Positions 19,225 to 29,103 of a stretch of 64,000 bases of DNA are shown piece after piece. The stretch's first letter is position 1, and every line of letters begins with the position of its first letter. A program made the position numbers and the translations under genes. This DNA is from an uncultured bacterium (GTDB lineage Bacteria; Patescibacteriota; Minisyncoccia; UBA6257; GWB1-50-10): the NCBI GenBank assembly GCA_903827975.1, contig CAIKKG010000024.1, positions 523 through 64,522 on the forward strand. The letters are read 5' to 3'. The notes beneath the pieces are model-generated. The model was not told the origin of the DNA and did not search any database. It was given only the letters and a program-made list of their open reading frames with translations.

Positions 19225-21344
19225 TTTTCTACAAGTAGTAATTTCTTATTTTCGATTGGTAGTTTTTCATAAATTGCCTCTGTTATAAATGGCATAAATG
19301 GATGCATTAATTTAAGAGATGAAGAGAGTACATGAAATAAAACTTTTTGTGTATTCTCTTTTTGCCCATCAACCTTCATCTGCTCCTTTGATGCCTCAAT
19401 ATAAGTATCGCAAAATGAGTGCCAGAAAAATTCATATATATCGTGTAGCGCCTTTGAAAACTCAAAACCCTCAATATCTTTCCCGACGCTTTCCTTAAGA
19501 TTTTTTAACTCCTCAAGTATTTTTTTGTCTGCCTCTGTAATTCCATCAGGGTTCTCTTCGTTTATTTGTGTCTCCGCATTTTGACTCCCCATTACAAATT
19601 TTGCGGCGTTCCAAATTTTATTTGTAAACTTCCTACCTCCTATTACTGCTGTCTCATCCCAACGAATATCCTGTCCACTTGCCTGCCAGACTACAGCAAA
19701 ACGTGCTACATCCGCTCCATACTCTTCAATATATTTTAGTGGGTCTATCCCAGTACCAAGACTCTTAGACATTCTTTTTCCATCTTTCGTCATTATCGTT
19801 CCGTGTATGAGAACGTTTTTAAATGGTGCCTCACCCATAAATTCGAGACCTGAATATATCATTCGTGCAACCCAAAGATTTAAAATATCACGAGCGGTAA
19901 TAAGTGTATGACCTGGATAATATTTTTTTCTGTCGGATTCTGAAAGTCCGGCAAATGGCCAGAGTGCTGAAGAAAACCACGTATCCAAAACATCATCAGC
20001 TTGAACCATTTTGCACTCGCCACAATGTTCACAAGCACTTGGTTTCTCTGCAGAAACTTTAAATTTTTCTGAGTCCTTCTCACAATACCAGACCGGCAAT
20101 CTATGACCCCACCAAATCTGTCTTGAAATTGTCCAGTCGCGGATGTTTGATAACCAATCAAAATAAGTCTTACTAAATCGCTCTGGCGTAATACTTACTT
20201 TTCCAGACTGAACTGCATCAGTTGCCTTTCCTGCAAGTTCTTTCATTTTTAGAAACCACTGCATTGATGGAATTGGCTCAATAAGTGAGTTACACCTATA
20301 ACATATTGAAACGCGATGTGGATATGGTTCAATTTTTATAACCTTATCGCCGAGATCAGCAATAATTTTTTCGCGGGCCTCAAGCACCTTCATTCCTTCG
20401 TAGACCCCCGCTTCTTTTGTCATTTTTCCTCTTGCATCGATAACAATAACCATTGGGAGTTTGTGCCTCTCACCTATTTCAAAATCTAACACATCATGTG
20501 CTGGGGTTACCTTCACCATTCCAGTTCCAAATGTCTGATCAATCGCCTCGTCACCAATAATAGGAATCTCACGATTTACTAATGGGAGCATAACTTTGGT
20601 TCCGATTAGTTTGGTGTAGCGCGCATCATTTGGATTCACAGCAATTGCTGTATCACCAAGCATTGTCTCAGGACGAGTTGTTGCAACAATAATTTCGTCT
20701 GAATATTTTATATGCCAGAGATTTGTATCCTCATCTTTATATTCAAGTTCAAGTTCTGATAGACTTGTCCCGCAACGCGTGCACCAGTTTACAGTTCTAA
20801 AGCCTCGATATAGCCAACCGCGCTCATAATAATGTACAAATGTTTTTTGAACATCAATTGCGTATTCGGGATCCATGGTGAAACGCGTTCGCGACCAATC
20901 AGCAGAACACCCAAGTCTTTTTAATTGCTCTAAAATTAGACCACCATATATATTCTTCCACTCCCAAACCTTTTCAATAAATTTTTCTCGGCCTATTTCA
21001 AAACGGCTTATGCCCTGTTTTTTTAAATCTTTTTCCACAACAAACTGAGTCGCAATTCCAGCGTGATCGGTGCCAGGAAGCCAGAGTGCTCTTCTCCCTT
21101 TCATGCGTTGGTAGCGCACAGAAATATCCTGCAGCGTATTGTCTAATGCATGGCCCATATGTAGTGAGCCCGTTACATTAGGTAGTGGCATATAGACTAT
21201 GTATGGTTCTGCGTCTTTTTCAACTGGAAGATTATCTGGATTAAAGAATCCAGAACTCATCCATTTCTCGTATATTTTAACCTCATGCGCCTTCGCGTCA
21301 TATGGACCCTCAAAAATCCCGTCAGTTTTTGTTTGTTCCTGCAT
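19218..21344 (-). CDS. valS: Valine--tRNA ligase, short form lacking the C-terminal coiled coil
   Basis: The 708-aa protein has PNVTGSLHMGHALDNTLQDISVRYQRMKGRRALWLPGTDHAGIATQ and a KMSKS motif. Confidence 0.9.
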   Translation of the reverse strand: MQEQTKTDGIFEGPYDAKAHEVKIYEKWMSSGFFNPDNLPVEKDAEPYIVYMPLPNVTGSLHMGHALDNTLQDISVRYQRMKGRRALWLPGTDHAGIATQFVVEKDLKKQGISRFEIGREKFIEKVWEWKNIYGGLILEQLKRLGCSADWSRTRFTMDPEYAIDVQKTFVHYYERGWLYRGFRTVNWCTRCGTSLSELELEYKDEDTNLWHIKYSDEIIVATTRPETMLGDTAIAVNPNDARYTKLIGTKVMLPLVNREIPIIGDEAIDQTFGTGMVKVTPAHDVLDFEIGERHKLPMVIVIDARGKMTKEAGVYEGMKVLEAREKIIADLGDKVIKIEPYPHRVSICYRCNSLIEPIPSMQWFLKMKELAGKATDAVQSGKVSITPERFSKTYFDWLSNIRDWTISRQIWWGHRLPVWYCEKDSEKFKVSAEKPSACEHCGECKMVQADDVLDTWFSSALWPFAGLSESDRKKYYPGHTLITARDILNLWVARMIYSGLEFMGEAPFKNVLIHGTIMTKDGKRMSKSLGTGIDPLKYIEEYGADVARFAVVWQASGQDIRWDETAVIGGRKFTNKIWNAAKFVMGSQNAETQINEENPDGITEADKKILEELKNLKESVGKDIEGFEFSKALHDIYEFFWHSFCDTYIEASKEQMKVDGQKENTQKVLFHVLSSSLKLMHPFMPFITEAIYEKLPIENKKLLLVEKW

Positions 21345-21477
21345 AGTAATCTTAATTCTATCGCCATTTTGGCAATACTATCAAGTTATTATGTTGCCGT
21401 TGACGTGGACGACAAACTGAACGAAAATGCTATAAGAAGGTTAATAAAAAAATAACTCATAAAAGAAGGAGGCCGAA

Positions 21478-21990
21478 ATGGGAACTAAAAAGAAAGAGGG
21501 TTCCACAATGAGGCTGATTAGTAGAGCCTCATTCTTGGACTTTCTCGTAGAGGGTGAGCCATTTGTAATTCCTGCATTAATGTTTGATGTAACTCCATTT
21601 AGCTCTGAGGAATCATTTTCAGAAGAAGATGAGTTTTCTACCCGTGTCATAGATGAGGAAAACCCACCAACTGAAATTACACACGTTCTTTTTTACGAGG
21701 TTGAAAGGCCGGCCACATTCAAGGAGGCACTACTTTCCATTTCTCCTGACATTGAGTCGCTTTCTTTCACTGAGCGTCAGGTTGTTAAATTCCTGAACAC
21801 ACACATCGAGTTACTAAGATGTGCCAAACGCTCTACATTCTTTCTTATCAAGAAAAATGGAAAAATGTTTATTGCACTACACATGTTCTGGGGTACTCAG
21901 GCGCGATTAAGGAAGTTTAACCTTGATTACCACTACAAACTCCTGCCGAGTGAGCACTATCGCCTTGTTGTTCCTGATCGTGAACAATAA
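21478..21990 (+). CDS. Hypothetical protein
   Basis: The 170-aa ORF has a strong AAGGAGG RBS 5 nt upstream and no recognisable motifs. Confidence 0.5.
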   Translation: MGTKKKEGSTMRLISRASFLDFLVEGEPFVIPALMFDVTPFSSEESFSEEDEFSTRVIDEENPPTEITHVLFYEVERPATFKEALLSISPDIESLSFTERQVVKFLNTHIELLRCAKRSTFFLIKKNGKMFIALHMFWGTQARLRKFNLDYHYKLLPSEHYRLVVPDREQ

Positions 21991-22025
21991 TAGCAAAACA
22001 ACACCCCCAACTCCAAAAATGGAGT

Positions 22026-22904
22026 ATGGGGGTTTTTTTATATAAATGTGATATATTGAAACCAATTATGATAATAGATGGAAAAAGGATGGCTGACGGA
22101 ATAATAGATGAATTGAAGAAAAGACCCGACCAGAAGAAGTTTCTGGCTGCTATTCTGGTTGGCGATGACCCAGGCTCAATTGCCTTTTTAAGGCAGAAAG
22201 AGAAGGTCGCTGAGGAACTAGACATCGAATTTCAGCTACATAAATTTCCTGAGCGTGTTTCTAGAGAAACACTAAGAAGGTCAATGGATAAGATTACAGG
22301 CAGAAGAATGTGTGGTGGACTTATTGTGCAATTACCCCTCCCTTCGCATATTAATATGCACTATATTTTAAATGCCATCCCAAGAGAGGAGGACACCGAC
22401 GTTCTTAGCGAGCGCGCACTTGGTTCTTTCTATGCGGGTAGGGGTGTTGGACTTCCACCAGCTGTTGGAACATTAATTACAATTCTAGCTAGTGAGATGA
22501 AGACATCTGATGGCGAGGAAGCAGAGATGGCTAGTTGGCACGTACAGGATAAAAAGGTTGCGGTTGTTGGACTAGGCTTCTTGGTTGGAAGGCCTATTGC
22601 AACTTGGCTTATAGGAAAAAGTCGCGAAGCGCACTTTTTAGATAAGGGTAGTGATTTTTCAGTATTGCAGAGTATGGATATTGTAATCCTTGGTACTGGA
22701 CACGCACATCTTGTAAACGCCGGCATGTTCAAAAAGGATGCGCTTGTTATAGATTTCGGCTATGCGAGAAAAGGAAAGGATACCCTTGGAGATTTTGATC
22801 CGACAAATGTGCCGGACACAATGAAATACACACCAACGCCTGGTGGAACAGGGCCAATACTTGTTGCGCGTCTCTTCAAAAATTTCTACGACTTAAATAA
22901 ATAA
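22026..22904 (+). CDS. folD: Bifunctional methylenetetrahydrofolate dehydrogenase/methenyl-THF cyclohydrolase
   Basis: The sequence shows MIIDGKRMA...ILVGDDPGS...PTPGGTGPILVARL. The true start is probably the internal ATG at MIIDGK. Confidence 0.75.
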   Translation: MGVFLYKCDILKPIMIIDGKRMADGIIDELKKRPDQKKFLAAILVGDDPGSIAFLRQKEKVAEELDIEFQLHKFPERVSRETLRRSMDKITGRRMCGGLIVQLPLPSHINMHYILNAIPREEDTDVLSERALGSFYAGRGVGLPPAVGTLITILASEMKTSDGEEAEMASWHVQDKKVAVVGLGFLVGRPIATWLIGKSREAHFLDKGSDFSVLQSMDIVILGTGHAHLVNAGMFKKDALVIDFGYARKGKDTLGDFDPTNVPDTMKYTPTPGGTGPILVARLFKNFYDLNK

Positions 22905-22936
22905 AAAAATCCCGCCGAGTGGCGGGGATTTTTTTA
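22904..22936. terminator. Bidirectional terminator between folD and recA
   Basis: AAAAAAATCCCGCCGAGTGGCGGGGATTTTTTT. Confidence 0.75.
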
Positions 22937-23971
22937 CTCTTCTTCTTTTTCTTCTTCTACTGCAACTCCTTTTGTTTCTGCTGCAACAGTTGTTTTCTTT
23001 TTTATTATGTCTAGAAGTTTTTTATCTTCTTTTAATTTCAATCTTATATTGTCGAAACCAACTCCAAGTTTCTCATTTTCAAATGAGTAGCTTGCGCCAA
23101 GTTTTTTTACGATGCCGTACTTGATTGCCGTGGTAAGTACATCTGCTTCGTATGAGATTCCCTCTCCGTATAAAATATCAAACTCTGCAACTTTAAACGG
23201 TGGGGCAACTTTATTTTTAACAACTTTTGCCTTTGTTCGATTTCCTACTACGTCCTCACCTTTTTTAATCTGAGCGATGCGACGAATATCTATTCTAACT
23301 GATGAATAAAATTTCAGTGCCATACCGCCTGGTGTTGTTTCTGGATTTCCAAAAACAAGTCCTATTTTCATACGCGTCTGGTTAATAAAAATAACAATTG
23401 TGTTTGACTTGGCTGCAATCGCTGTAAGCTTGCGAAGTGCTTGTGACATTAGGCGTGCCTGTAGTCCCATGTGCTGAGCGCCCATCTCACCCTCGATTTC
23501 TGCGCGAGGCGTTAGTGCGGCGACTGAGTCAACCACAACAACATCAATAATATTTGAACGAACTAAACTTTCTAAAATGTTTAATGCCTCCTCTCCGTTA
23601 TCAGGCTGTGAAATAATTAAATCATTTGTCTTAACGCCAATGCGTGCAGCATACTCTGGATCGAGTGCGTGCTCTGCGTCTATAAATGCAGCTCGTCCTC
23701 CATGCTTCTGAACTTCAGCGACAGCATGCAATGCTAATGTTGTTTTACCAGAACTCTCAGGACCGAAAATCTCAATCACTCTCCCCTTCGGAAATCCTCC
23801 TACCCCAAGTGCGAGGTCGAGGGAAAATGAACCAGTTGGTATTGCCTCCACCTTCATTTTTGCCTGCTCACCCAACTTCATAACAGCTCCCTCACCAAAG
23901 CGCGACTGCAGTGATTCCATTAATGACTCTAAGTCCTTTCCCCCATCTTTTATTTTTTTTGCTGGTGCCAT
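22934..23971 (-). CDS. recA: Recombinase RecA
   Basis: The 345-aa protein has [17 protein letters not shown] (Walker A) and conserved L1/L2 regions. Confidence 0.95.
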   Translation of the reverse strand: MAPAKKIKDGGKDLESLMESLQSRFGEGAVMKLGEQAKMKVEAIPTGSFSLDLALGVGGFPKGRVIEIFGPESSGKTTLALHAVAEVQKHGGRAAFIDAEHALDPEYAARIGVKTNDLIISQPDNGEEALNILESLVRSNIIDVVVVDSVAALTPRAEIEGEMGAQHMGLQARLMSQALRKLTAIAAKSNTIVIFINQTRMKIGLVFGNPETTPGGMALKFYSSVRIDIRRIAQIKKGEDVVGNRTKAKVVKNKVAPPFKVAEFDILYGEGISYEADVLTTAIKYGIVKKLGASYSFENEKLGVGFDNIRLKLKEDKKLLDIIKKKTTVAAETKGVAVEEEKEEE

Positions 23972-23973
23972 AT

Positions 23974-24693
23974 TTATTCTTGTGTTGTTGTTGATGTGTT
24001 TATCTCAACTACCGGTTCGACTTGTTTTTCGGTTTTCTTAGTTGATGTAGTTAAGTATACCTGTTTCGTCATTTGAAGTTCTTTTCCTAGAATTCCCCTT
24101 ACTTTAAAATTGAACGTATTGAAGCCTGAAGTGAGTGTGAAGTTTTTTTCAAAAAGACCACTCTCATCTGGAAACACAGTCTCATCGTTTATTGTTATTT
24201 GGTTTTTTGGATCAACCCTTCCTTTAATAGCGAAGGTAGATGTCGAAACTGAAATATTATCATCAAAATTCTCGAGAGATAATGTTGGCTTTCCTATAAA
24301 CGCTGAGCCCCTTAAAATTATCACTATGACCAGACCGAGAATTATTCCTATGATAACTAGAGATTTTGTATTTATAAATTTCTTTATAAGCTCACCATTT
24401 TTTATTTCATTACTTTTTTCAGGACTCTGCTCAACTTTTTTTTCTGCACTTTGCTTCTTATACTCAGCCCACAATGACTCTTTATTTAGATTTAGTATGT
24501 CTGCAATTTTAGAAATATATCCGCGCACATAGGGAGATGATGGAAGCTTCCCAACTTTTTCCTTAACAATTAATTCTATGAATCTCTCTGAGATTCCGCT
24601 CTGTAGTGAAAGCTTTTCAACTGACATACTCTTCGCCTTCATTGCATCCTCAATTATTGAAGCAACTGATTTTGTTTCTGTATTTTCTTCCAT
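23974..24693 (-). CDS. RodZ-like protein with a helix-turn-helix domain and a single TM helix
   Basis: An N-terminal XRE-type HTH ([22 protein letters not shown]) is followed by a basic stretch, one TM helix and an extracytoplasmic tail. Confidence 0.5.
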   Translation of the reverse strand: MEENTETKSVASIIEDAMKAKSMSVEKLSLQSGISERFIELIVKEKVGKLPSSPYVRGYISKIADILNLNKESLWAEYKKQSAEKKVEQSPEKSNEIKNGELIKKFINTKSLVIIGIILGLVIVIILRGSAFIGKPTLSLENFDDNISVSTSTFAIKGRVDPKNQITINDETVFPDESGLFEKNFTLTSGFNTFNFKVRGILGKELQMTKQVYLTTSTKKTEKQVEPVVEINTSTTTQE

Positions 24694-24706
24694 ATTAAAT
24701 TATTTA

Positions 24707-26818
24707 TTAGTTATCTCCCGACTCATCCACTATTAGCACCTCTCTCGGTTTTGCGCCATCACCAGGTCCAACCATTCCCCTTTCTTCCATCATATCAATT
24801 AGACGGGATGCTCGAGCATAGCCAACCTTTAATCTCCTTTGTAAAAGTGATGCCGATGCTTTTTTTGCAACTTTGACTGCCTCAACCGCCTCATCAAAAA
24901 GTTCATCATCATCTCCAGAAGAGCTTCCTGAAAAACTTTCGAATACGTGTGTTGCCTCTGGTTCGGAATCTATCTGCTCGCTAGAATATGCTGGCTCATT
25001 ATTTTCTCTAATAAATTTCGTAACACTCTTAATCTCGTCTTCCGTAATGAATGCCCCTTGAATACGGCGTGGCTTTGAAAAGTCTGAAGAAACAAAAAGC
25101 ATATCACCATGCCCAAGAAGTTTTTCTGCTCCCGCCGTATCAAGAATTGTGCGTGAGTCAATCTGACTTGCTACCTGAAGTGCTATGCGCGTTGTTATGT
25201 TTGCTTTGATGAGTCCCGTGATTACTTCAACCGAAGGTCGTTGGGTAGATACTATTATATGTATTCCAGTTGCGCGCGCCATCTGCGCCAACCTTATTAT
25301 AGAACCCTCAACCTCTCTCCCGTACGTAGACATGAGGTCAGCCAACTCATCAATAACAACCAAAATGTATGGTAGTTTTTCTTCTGCTTCTTTGTTATAA
25401 CTTTTAATATCACGGGAGCCCGCCTCAAGAAGAACCTGATATCTACGATCCATTTCTTGAATCACCCAGCGCAATGCACCGATTGCTTTTTTATTGTCCG
25501 TAACAACTGGCGCAATCAAATGTGGTAAATCATTATAAACAGATAGTTCAACGCGCTTTGGATCTATCATAATCATTCTCAACATTTCTGGAGAATTTTT
25601 ATATAGAAGAGAAATTAATATCGAATGAAGCGCGATTGATTTTCCTGAGCCTGTGGCGCCGGCTACCAACATGTGTGGCATCTTAGCGATGTTTGTAAAT
25701 ATTGGGTCGCCATTCACATCTCTACCAAGAGCGAATGCAAGTGGTTCTGATTTTTGGAATTCGGGATAAAGAAGGAGACTACCTAGTCGCACAATTGCGG
25801 CGGATTTATTTGGGACCTCTATACCAACCAAAGATTTTCCTGGAATCGGAGCCTCGATACGAATTGGGTGCGCTGCGAGTGCCATTGCAAGATCCTGGTT
25901 CAATGTAGTTATGCGCGAAATTTTTACACCCTCAGCTGGTTTCAATGTATATCTCGTAACAGAAGGTCCAACATTTATCTCGCCCATCTCAACAGGAATT
26001 CCAAAACTTTCGAGCGTTCTTTTAATTCCGTTTGCGTTTGCGCGTAAGTCGCCTATCGTAGGTTTTTCAACAGTCGAAGATAAAAGAGTTGTTGGTGGTG
26101 GTGTATAATTTTTTATACTTTTCTGAGCTAATGTTTTTGGAATATCAAACGCACCAACATCAATTTCATTTGATTCATCTTTTTGTTTTTGATCACGCAA
26201 TGGTCTTTTTATTTCATCCTTAATAGGCTCCTCAGCTGCTGTCGTTGGTAATTTTATTTCTATTTCTTTTTCCTCTTCTTCTTCATCCTCATCTCTAATA
26301 AACCAAGAGAAATTAATTGGTCGGTTTAGTGTTAATAAAAATGATGCGACTAGTGCCGCGAGTAAAAGAATTATTGATGCTGGTGTTCCGAGTGGATTTT
26401 TTAATGAACCAATAAATCCTCCAATTACCCCACCACTTCCAGCAGCTAAAACATCCATGAGTCCGAGCCCGGAAAATACAAACAAAACTCCTCCGATTAA
26501 TGCGATGCCGAAAAATTTTTTTGTTTCAGGTGAAACAAATGAGTACGCAAGAATTACTGAGACGATTGGTAGTAGATAATAACCCCAGCCAAATAATTTA
26601 AAAAGTATGTTGTAGATGGATTCACCCAAAGGTCCGGCCTGTTGAAATCCGGCAAGTAAAAGTATTAGCGCCAACCCAGACAATGCGATTGCAATCACAT
26701 ATTTTTTTACATCTGGGTGAATATCTAATCGTTCACTTCGCACTTTCGCTTCCCTTCCTTTTTCTTCCTTTTCTTTTTTTACTTCCCTATTTTTATTTTT
26801 TATTTTTTTTCGTGACAT
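24707..26818 (-). CDS. ftsK: DNA translocase FtsK/SpoIIIE
   Basis: The 703-aa protein has N-terminal TM helices, an acidic linker, a motor domain with VAGATGSGKS and a gamma-domain-like C-terminus. Confidence 0.9.
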   Translation of the reverse strand: MSRKKIKNKNREVKKEKEEKGREAKVRSERLDIHPDVKKYVIAIALSGLALILLLAGFQQAGPLGESIYNILFKLFGWGYYLLPIVSVILAYSFVSPETKKFFGIALIGGVLFVFSGLGLMDVLAAGSGGVIGGFIGSLKNPLGTPASIILLLAALVASFLLTLNRPINFSWFIRDEDEEEEEKEIEIKLPTTAAEEPIKDEIKRPLRDQKQKDESNEIDVGAFDIPKTLAQKSIKNYTPPPTTLLSSTVEKPTIGDLRANANGIKRTLESFGIPVEMGEINVGPSVTRYTLKPAEGVKISRITTLNQDLAMALAAHPIRIEAPIPGKSLVGIEVPNKSAAIVRLGSLLLYPEFQKSEPLAFALGRDVNGDPIFTNIAKMPHMLVAGATGSGKSIALHSILISLLYKNSPEMLRMIMIDPKRVELSVYNDLPHLIAPVVTDNKKAIGALRWVIQEMDRRYQVLLEAGSRDIKSYNKEAEEKLPYILVVIDELADLMSTYGREVEGSIIRLAQMARATGIHIIVSTQRPSVEVITGLIKANITTRIALQVASQIDSRTILDTAGAEKLLGHGDMLFVSSDFSKPRRIQGAFITEDEIKSVTKFIRENNEPAYSSEQIDSEPEATHVFESFSGSSSGDDDELFDEAVEAVKVAKKASASLLQRRLKVGYARASRLIDMMEERGMVGPGDGAKPREVLIVDESGDN

Positions 26819-27242
26819 GAGAGGTTTGTATACATCTAATTAAAGGCGAGTGTGCTTAAAAATTCAAGTAATGAAATTTAGAATTTGTGTCTTAATACTT
26901 GTGTTTTTTCATTTTTTTAAAACTCGTCCCTTATGCTTTTTAAGCACCTCTCATTATCCTGGTTTTTAATTTTCTATTACGACAATCACCCATCACCAAA
27001 CATAAATATATTCACATTCTAATAGCCACCAATTCCCTGTCTTTTTAGCGCCGACCCGCCAATGAAAACTATCTAGTAAGCCCGGGCAGGTAAAATACCC
27101 TCGCGATACAAGAACAACCTTAGACTATAACTCACCCACCCATAAGACATTTCAAGGTTCGTAAATCTGCAGACTGTGAGTCTCACAACTAGGTCATCCC
27201 ATCAACCCACCCATTGGAAGATTTATATTCAAACTAGCCGAC

Positions 27243-27313
27243 AAGCTGGTAGTGCGATGAAACCTACATTTTTTAAAATTTTTATGGAAAAGTGTTTGTG
27301 CACAAACACTTTT
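27243..27313 (+). repeat. Copy B of the intergenic element. It consists of AAGCTGGTAGTGCGATGAA-ACCTACATTTTT, a spacer, and the 26-nt perfect palindrome AAAAGTGTTTGTGCACAAACACTTTT.
   Basis: It is a direct repeat of 27362-27423, and the 19-mer is also at 17957. Confidence 0.7.
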
Positions 27314-27361
27314 AAACCGAAAAACAAGGAAAACAAGGAAAACCTGATTTATCAGCATTGA

Positions 27362-27423
27362 AAGCTGGTAGTGCGATGAAACCTACATTTTTGTTTTTTA
27401 AAGTGTTTGTGCACAAACACTTT
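27362..27423 (+). repeat. Copy C of the intergenic element, the 19-mer plus the 24-nt perfect palindrome AAAGTGTTTGTGCACAAACACTTT
   Basis: It is a near-identical tandem copy about 120 bp downstream of copy B. Confidence 0.7.
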
Positions 27424-27483
27424 GTGTAATTATTCGTGTATAATTTTAGTTTTTTTAGCTAAATGTTTTTAAATTTTATGCAA

Positions 27484-27522
27484 ATAAAAAACCCCCGTCC
27501 GCCTGCTGGCGAATCGGGGGAG
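27484..27522 (-). terminator. Terminator of the GC-rich ORFan
   Basis: A CCCCCG-TCCGCCTGCTGGCGAAT-CGGGGG hairpin with a T-run on the minus strand. Confidence 0.65.
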
Positions 27523-27526
27523 TGAG

Positions 27527-28051
27527 TTATTTCGGCACCACAATCTGAAGTCTTCTCGTCGGACCGCCGACCAGTCTCCATGCGTGGTGTGTAGCGGTTG
27601 AAAATATTTGTGGGACCAGCCTGTCCATCTCTGGGAAGGATTGGAATTCAATGACAACAACCTCGTCATCAACCTCAGTCAAGAACATCGTGGCTCGGCA
27701 GTCCTTCATTATTTCGGAATGCCCGTACACGCGAATAAAGCGGGCAATCTGTGATTGCTGAAGACAGAGACTTTTAAGACTTCCCCTGCCAAGCTCTTCG
27801 AAAATCTTCGAAACGCATGATTTGTTCTTAAGAACCTGCCAGACCTCGAGCTGGACCTCTCCCGCCTCGGCACCCTTTAATGAACTGTGCCATTCATGGG
27901 CAAGCGGATCTATGTGCATAAAAAGTTCCTCGTTCATTAAGCATTCTTTCCGCGCATCGTCTGGTGAGATGCTTTCAATTAAAATTTCCTTTTCCGGAAA
28001 GATGTGCTTCAGAATTCTAACAGGAAAAATCTTTCGGATAGTTCGTCTCAT
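27527..28051 (-). CDS. Hypothetical protein encoded by a GC-anomalous, stand-alone transcription unit
   Basis: The 174-aa ORF has about 50% GC against about 40% background. It has its own TTGACA-type -35, an AAGGGAG RBS and terminators on both sides. Confidence 0.55.
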   Translation of the reverse strand: MRRTIRKIFPVRILKHIFPEKEILIESISPDDARKECLMNEELFMHIDPLAHEWHSSLKGAEAGEVQLEVWQVLKNKSCVSKIFEELGRGSLKSLCLQQSQIARFIRVYGHSEIMKDCRATMFLTEVDDEVVVIEFQSFPEMDRLVPQIFSTATHHAWRLVGGPTRRLQIVVPK

Positions 28052-28160
28052 ACTGTCTCCCTTGTTTTTAATGAGCAGACCTATTCTGTCATAAAATCAA
28101 CTTTTGTCAACCCTTTGCGTTTCTGCTTTGGAATATTCTTTATAAAAAATTTTGCGTTTA

Positions 28161-28196
28161 CAAAAAAACTCTCCCGTATTTGGGAGAGTTTTTTAT
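28161..28196 (-). terminator. Terminator downstream of the exonuclease and small-peptide unit
   Basis: CTCTCCCGTATTTGGGAGAG flanked by A/T runs. Confidence 0.65.
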
Positions 28197-28208
28197 TTAA
28201 TTATTTTC

Positions 28209-28319
28209 TTACTTTGGCCCTAAGAACAACAAGGGAATATAAACCATGATGAGACCGAGAATTAGAAGCGAGACCATGATGATTGTAAAAACTCTGCGTT
28301 TTTTTGGATTCATTTTCAT
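28209..28319 (-). CDS. Small membrane peptide of 36 aa (MKMNPKKRRVFTIIMVSLLILGLIMVYIPLLFLGPK)
   Basis: This ORF is not in the supplied ORF track because it is under 60 aa. It has a basic N-terminus followed by one TM helix, and lies 17 nt downstream of the exonuclease gene on the same strand, before the terminator. Confidence 0.35.
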   Translation of the reverse strand: MKMNPKKRRVFTIIMVSLLILGLIMVYIPLLFLGPK

Positions 28320-28336
28320 AATGTAATTATACTATT

Positions 28337-28909
28337 TTAGAACAATCCTTCTGGTGGGGGAGTCACTTCTTTATAATCTTCAAAATTAACTTTTTTCATA
28401 TCAGTAACATTGCGCTCAGGAATATACAAAAACTTTTTTTCCAATATTTGATCATAGATGCGTTTTGTAACTCTTACGTCCTGAGTACAATAATCTTTTA
28501 ATCTTTGCATCTCTCCGTTTCTATAAAATTCTATTGCTTGTAACCCGTGTCCGCTTTTTCCCTCTCCTAGATTTGCTTCTGCTAATATTCCAAGACCAAC
28601 TCGACGGCCGAATTTTTTTTCAATTTCTTCAAGAATATCGTAGTGTGCAATCTTTGAAATATTTGATTTAAAATATTTTTCTAATACTGGCACATCAAAT
28701 CTTTTACTTGCAAATCCGATTAGTAGGTAAGCGTTTTTAAAATATGCCTCCATCTTGTCAGTCTCGTGTTCGTCAAAGCAATAATAAGCATCCTCATTAT
28801 ATGAGTAGATGCCCACGACCGACATCTCAAGCTTTGTTATATTTTCCTGACCGCCGACATCTGCAAACGTATTTTTTGTTTCGATGTCGAATACTATTTT
28901 GTCTTGCAT
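28337..28909 (-). CDS. DEDD-family 3'-5' exonuclease with an RNase H-like fold
   Basis: The 190-aa protein has an Exo I-like FDIETKN motif and an Exo III-like YCTQDV (YxxxD) motif. Confidence 0.55.
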   Translation of the reverse strand: MQDKIVFDIETKNTFADVGGQENITKLEMSVVGIYSYNEDAYYCFDEHETDKMEAYFKNAYLLIGFASKRFDVPVLEKYFKSNISKIAHYDILEEIEKKFGRRVGLGILAEANLGEGKSGHGLQAIEFYRNGEMQRLKDYCTQDVRVTKRIYDQILEKKFLYIPERNVTDMKKVNFEDYKEVTPPPEGLF

Positions 28910-29103
28910 ATAAAAGTGATTTGTTTAGAGTACCCCCAAGTAGGGAATGGGTCAATAAATTTCGAAACTATCCAACATAATGAGATATGCCTACACTCGC
29001 CTGAAAAATTAGGTGTGGATCAACTGTGGTTAGTTACTTTGTTCGACATCCTACAAATACTATAAATATAAAATGCCCACCTGCGTGGGACATTTTATAT
29101 TTG

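Noticed and set aside
21441-21650. Minus-strand 69-aa ORF overlapping the start of the 21478 gene
   Set aside because: It is antisense to an ORF with a near-consensus AAGGAGG RBS and lies in the divergent promoter region of valS.
26180-26300. GAA/GAG-rich simple repeat
   Set aside because: It lies inside ftsK and encodes the acidic poly-Glu/Asp linker between the membrane and motor domains, so it is coding low complexity, not a DNA repeat element.
26940-27240. Possible structured housekeeping RNA (RNase P RNA, tmRNA, SRP RNA or 6S) in the long ftsK upstream gap
   Set aside because: None of the conserved signature sequences were found on either strand. These include the RNase P P4 AGGAAAGUCCGGGCUCC, the tmRNA tag ORF and tRNA-like end, and the SRP GGAA tetraloop helix. 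The question is left open as an unclassified non-coding region.
27243-27423. Possible CRISPR array (repeat-spacer-repeat)
   Set aside because: There are only two repeats, each about 62-70 nt long and internally palindromic, and no cas genes are nearby. This is inconsistent with CRISPR, so it is reported as a repeat or regulatory element instead.
27822-28249. Plus-strand ORFs 27822-28094 and 28004-28249
   Set aside because: They are antisense to the 174-aa gene or span its promoter and terminator, and have no RBS and low-complexity sequence.
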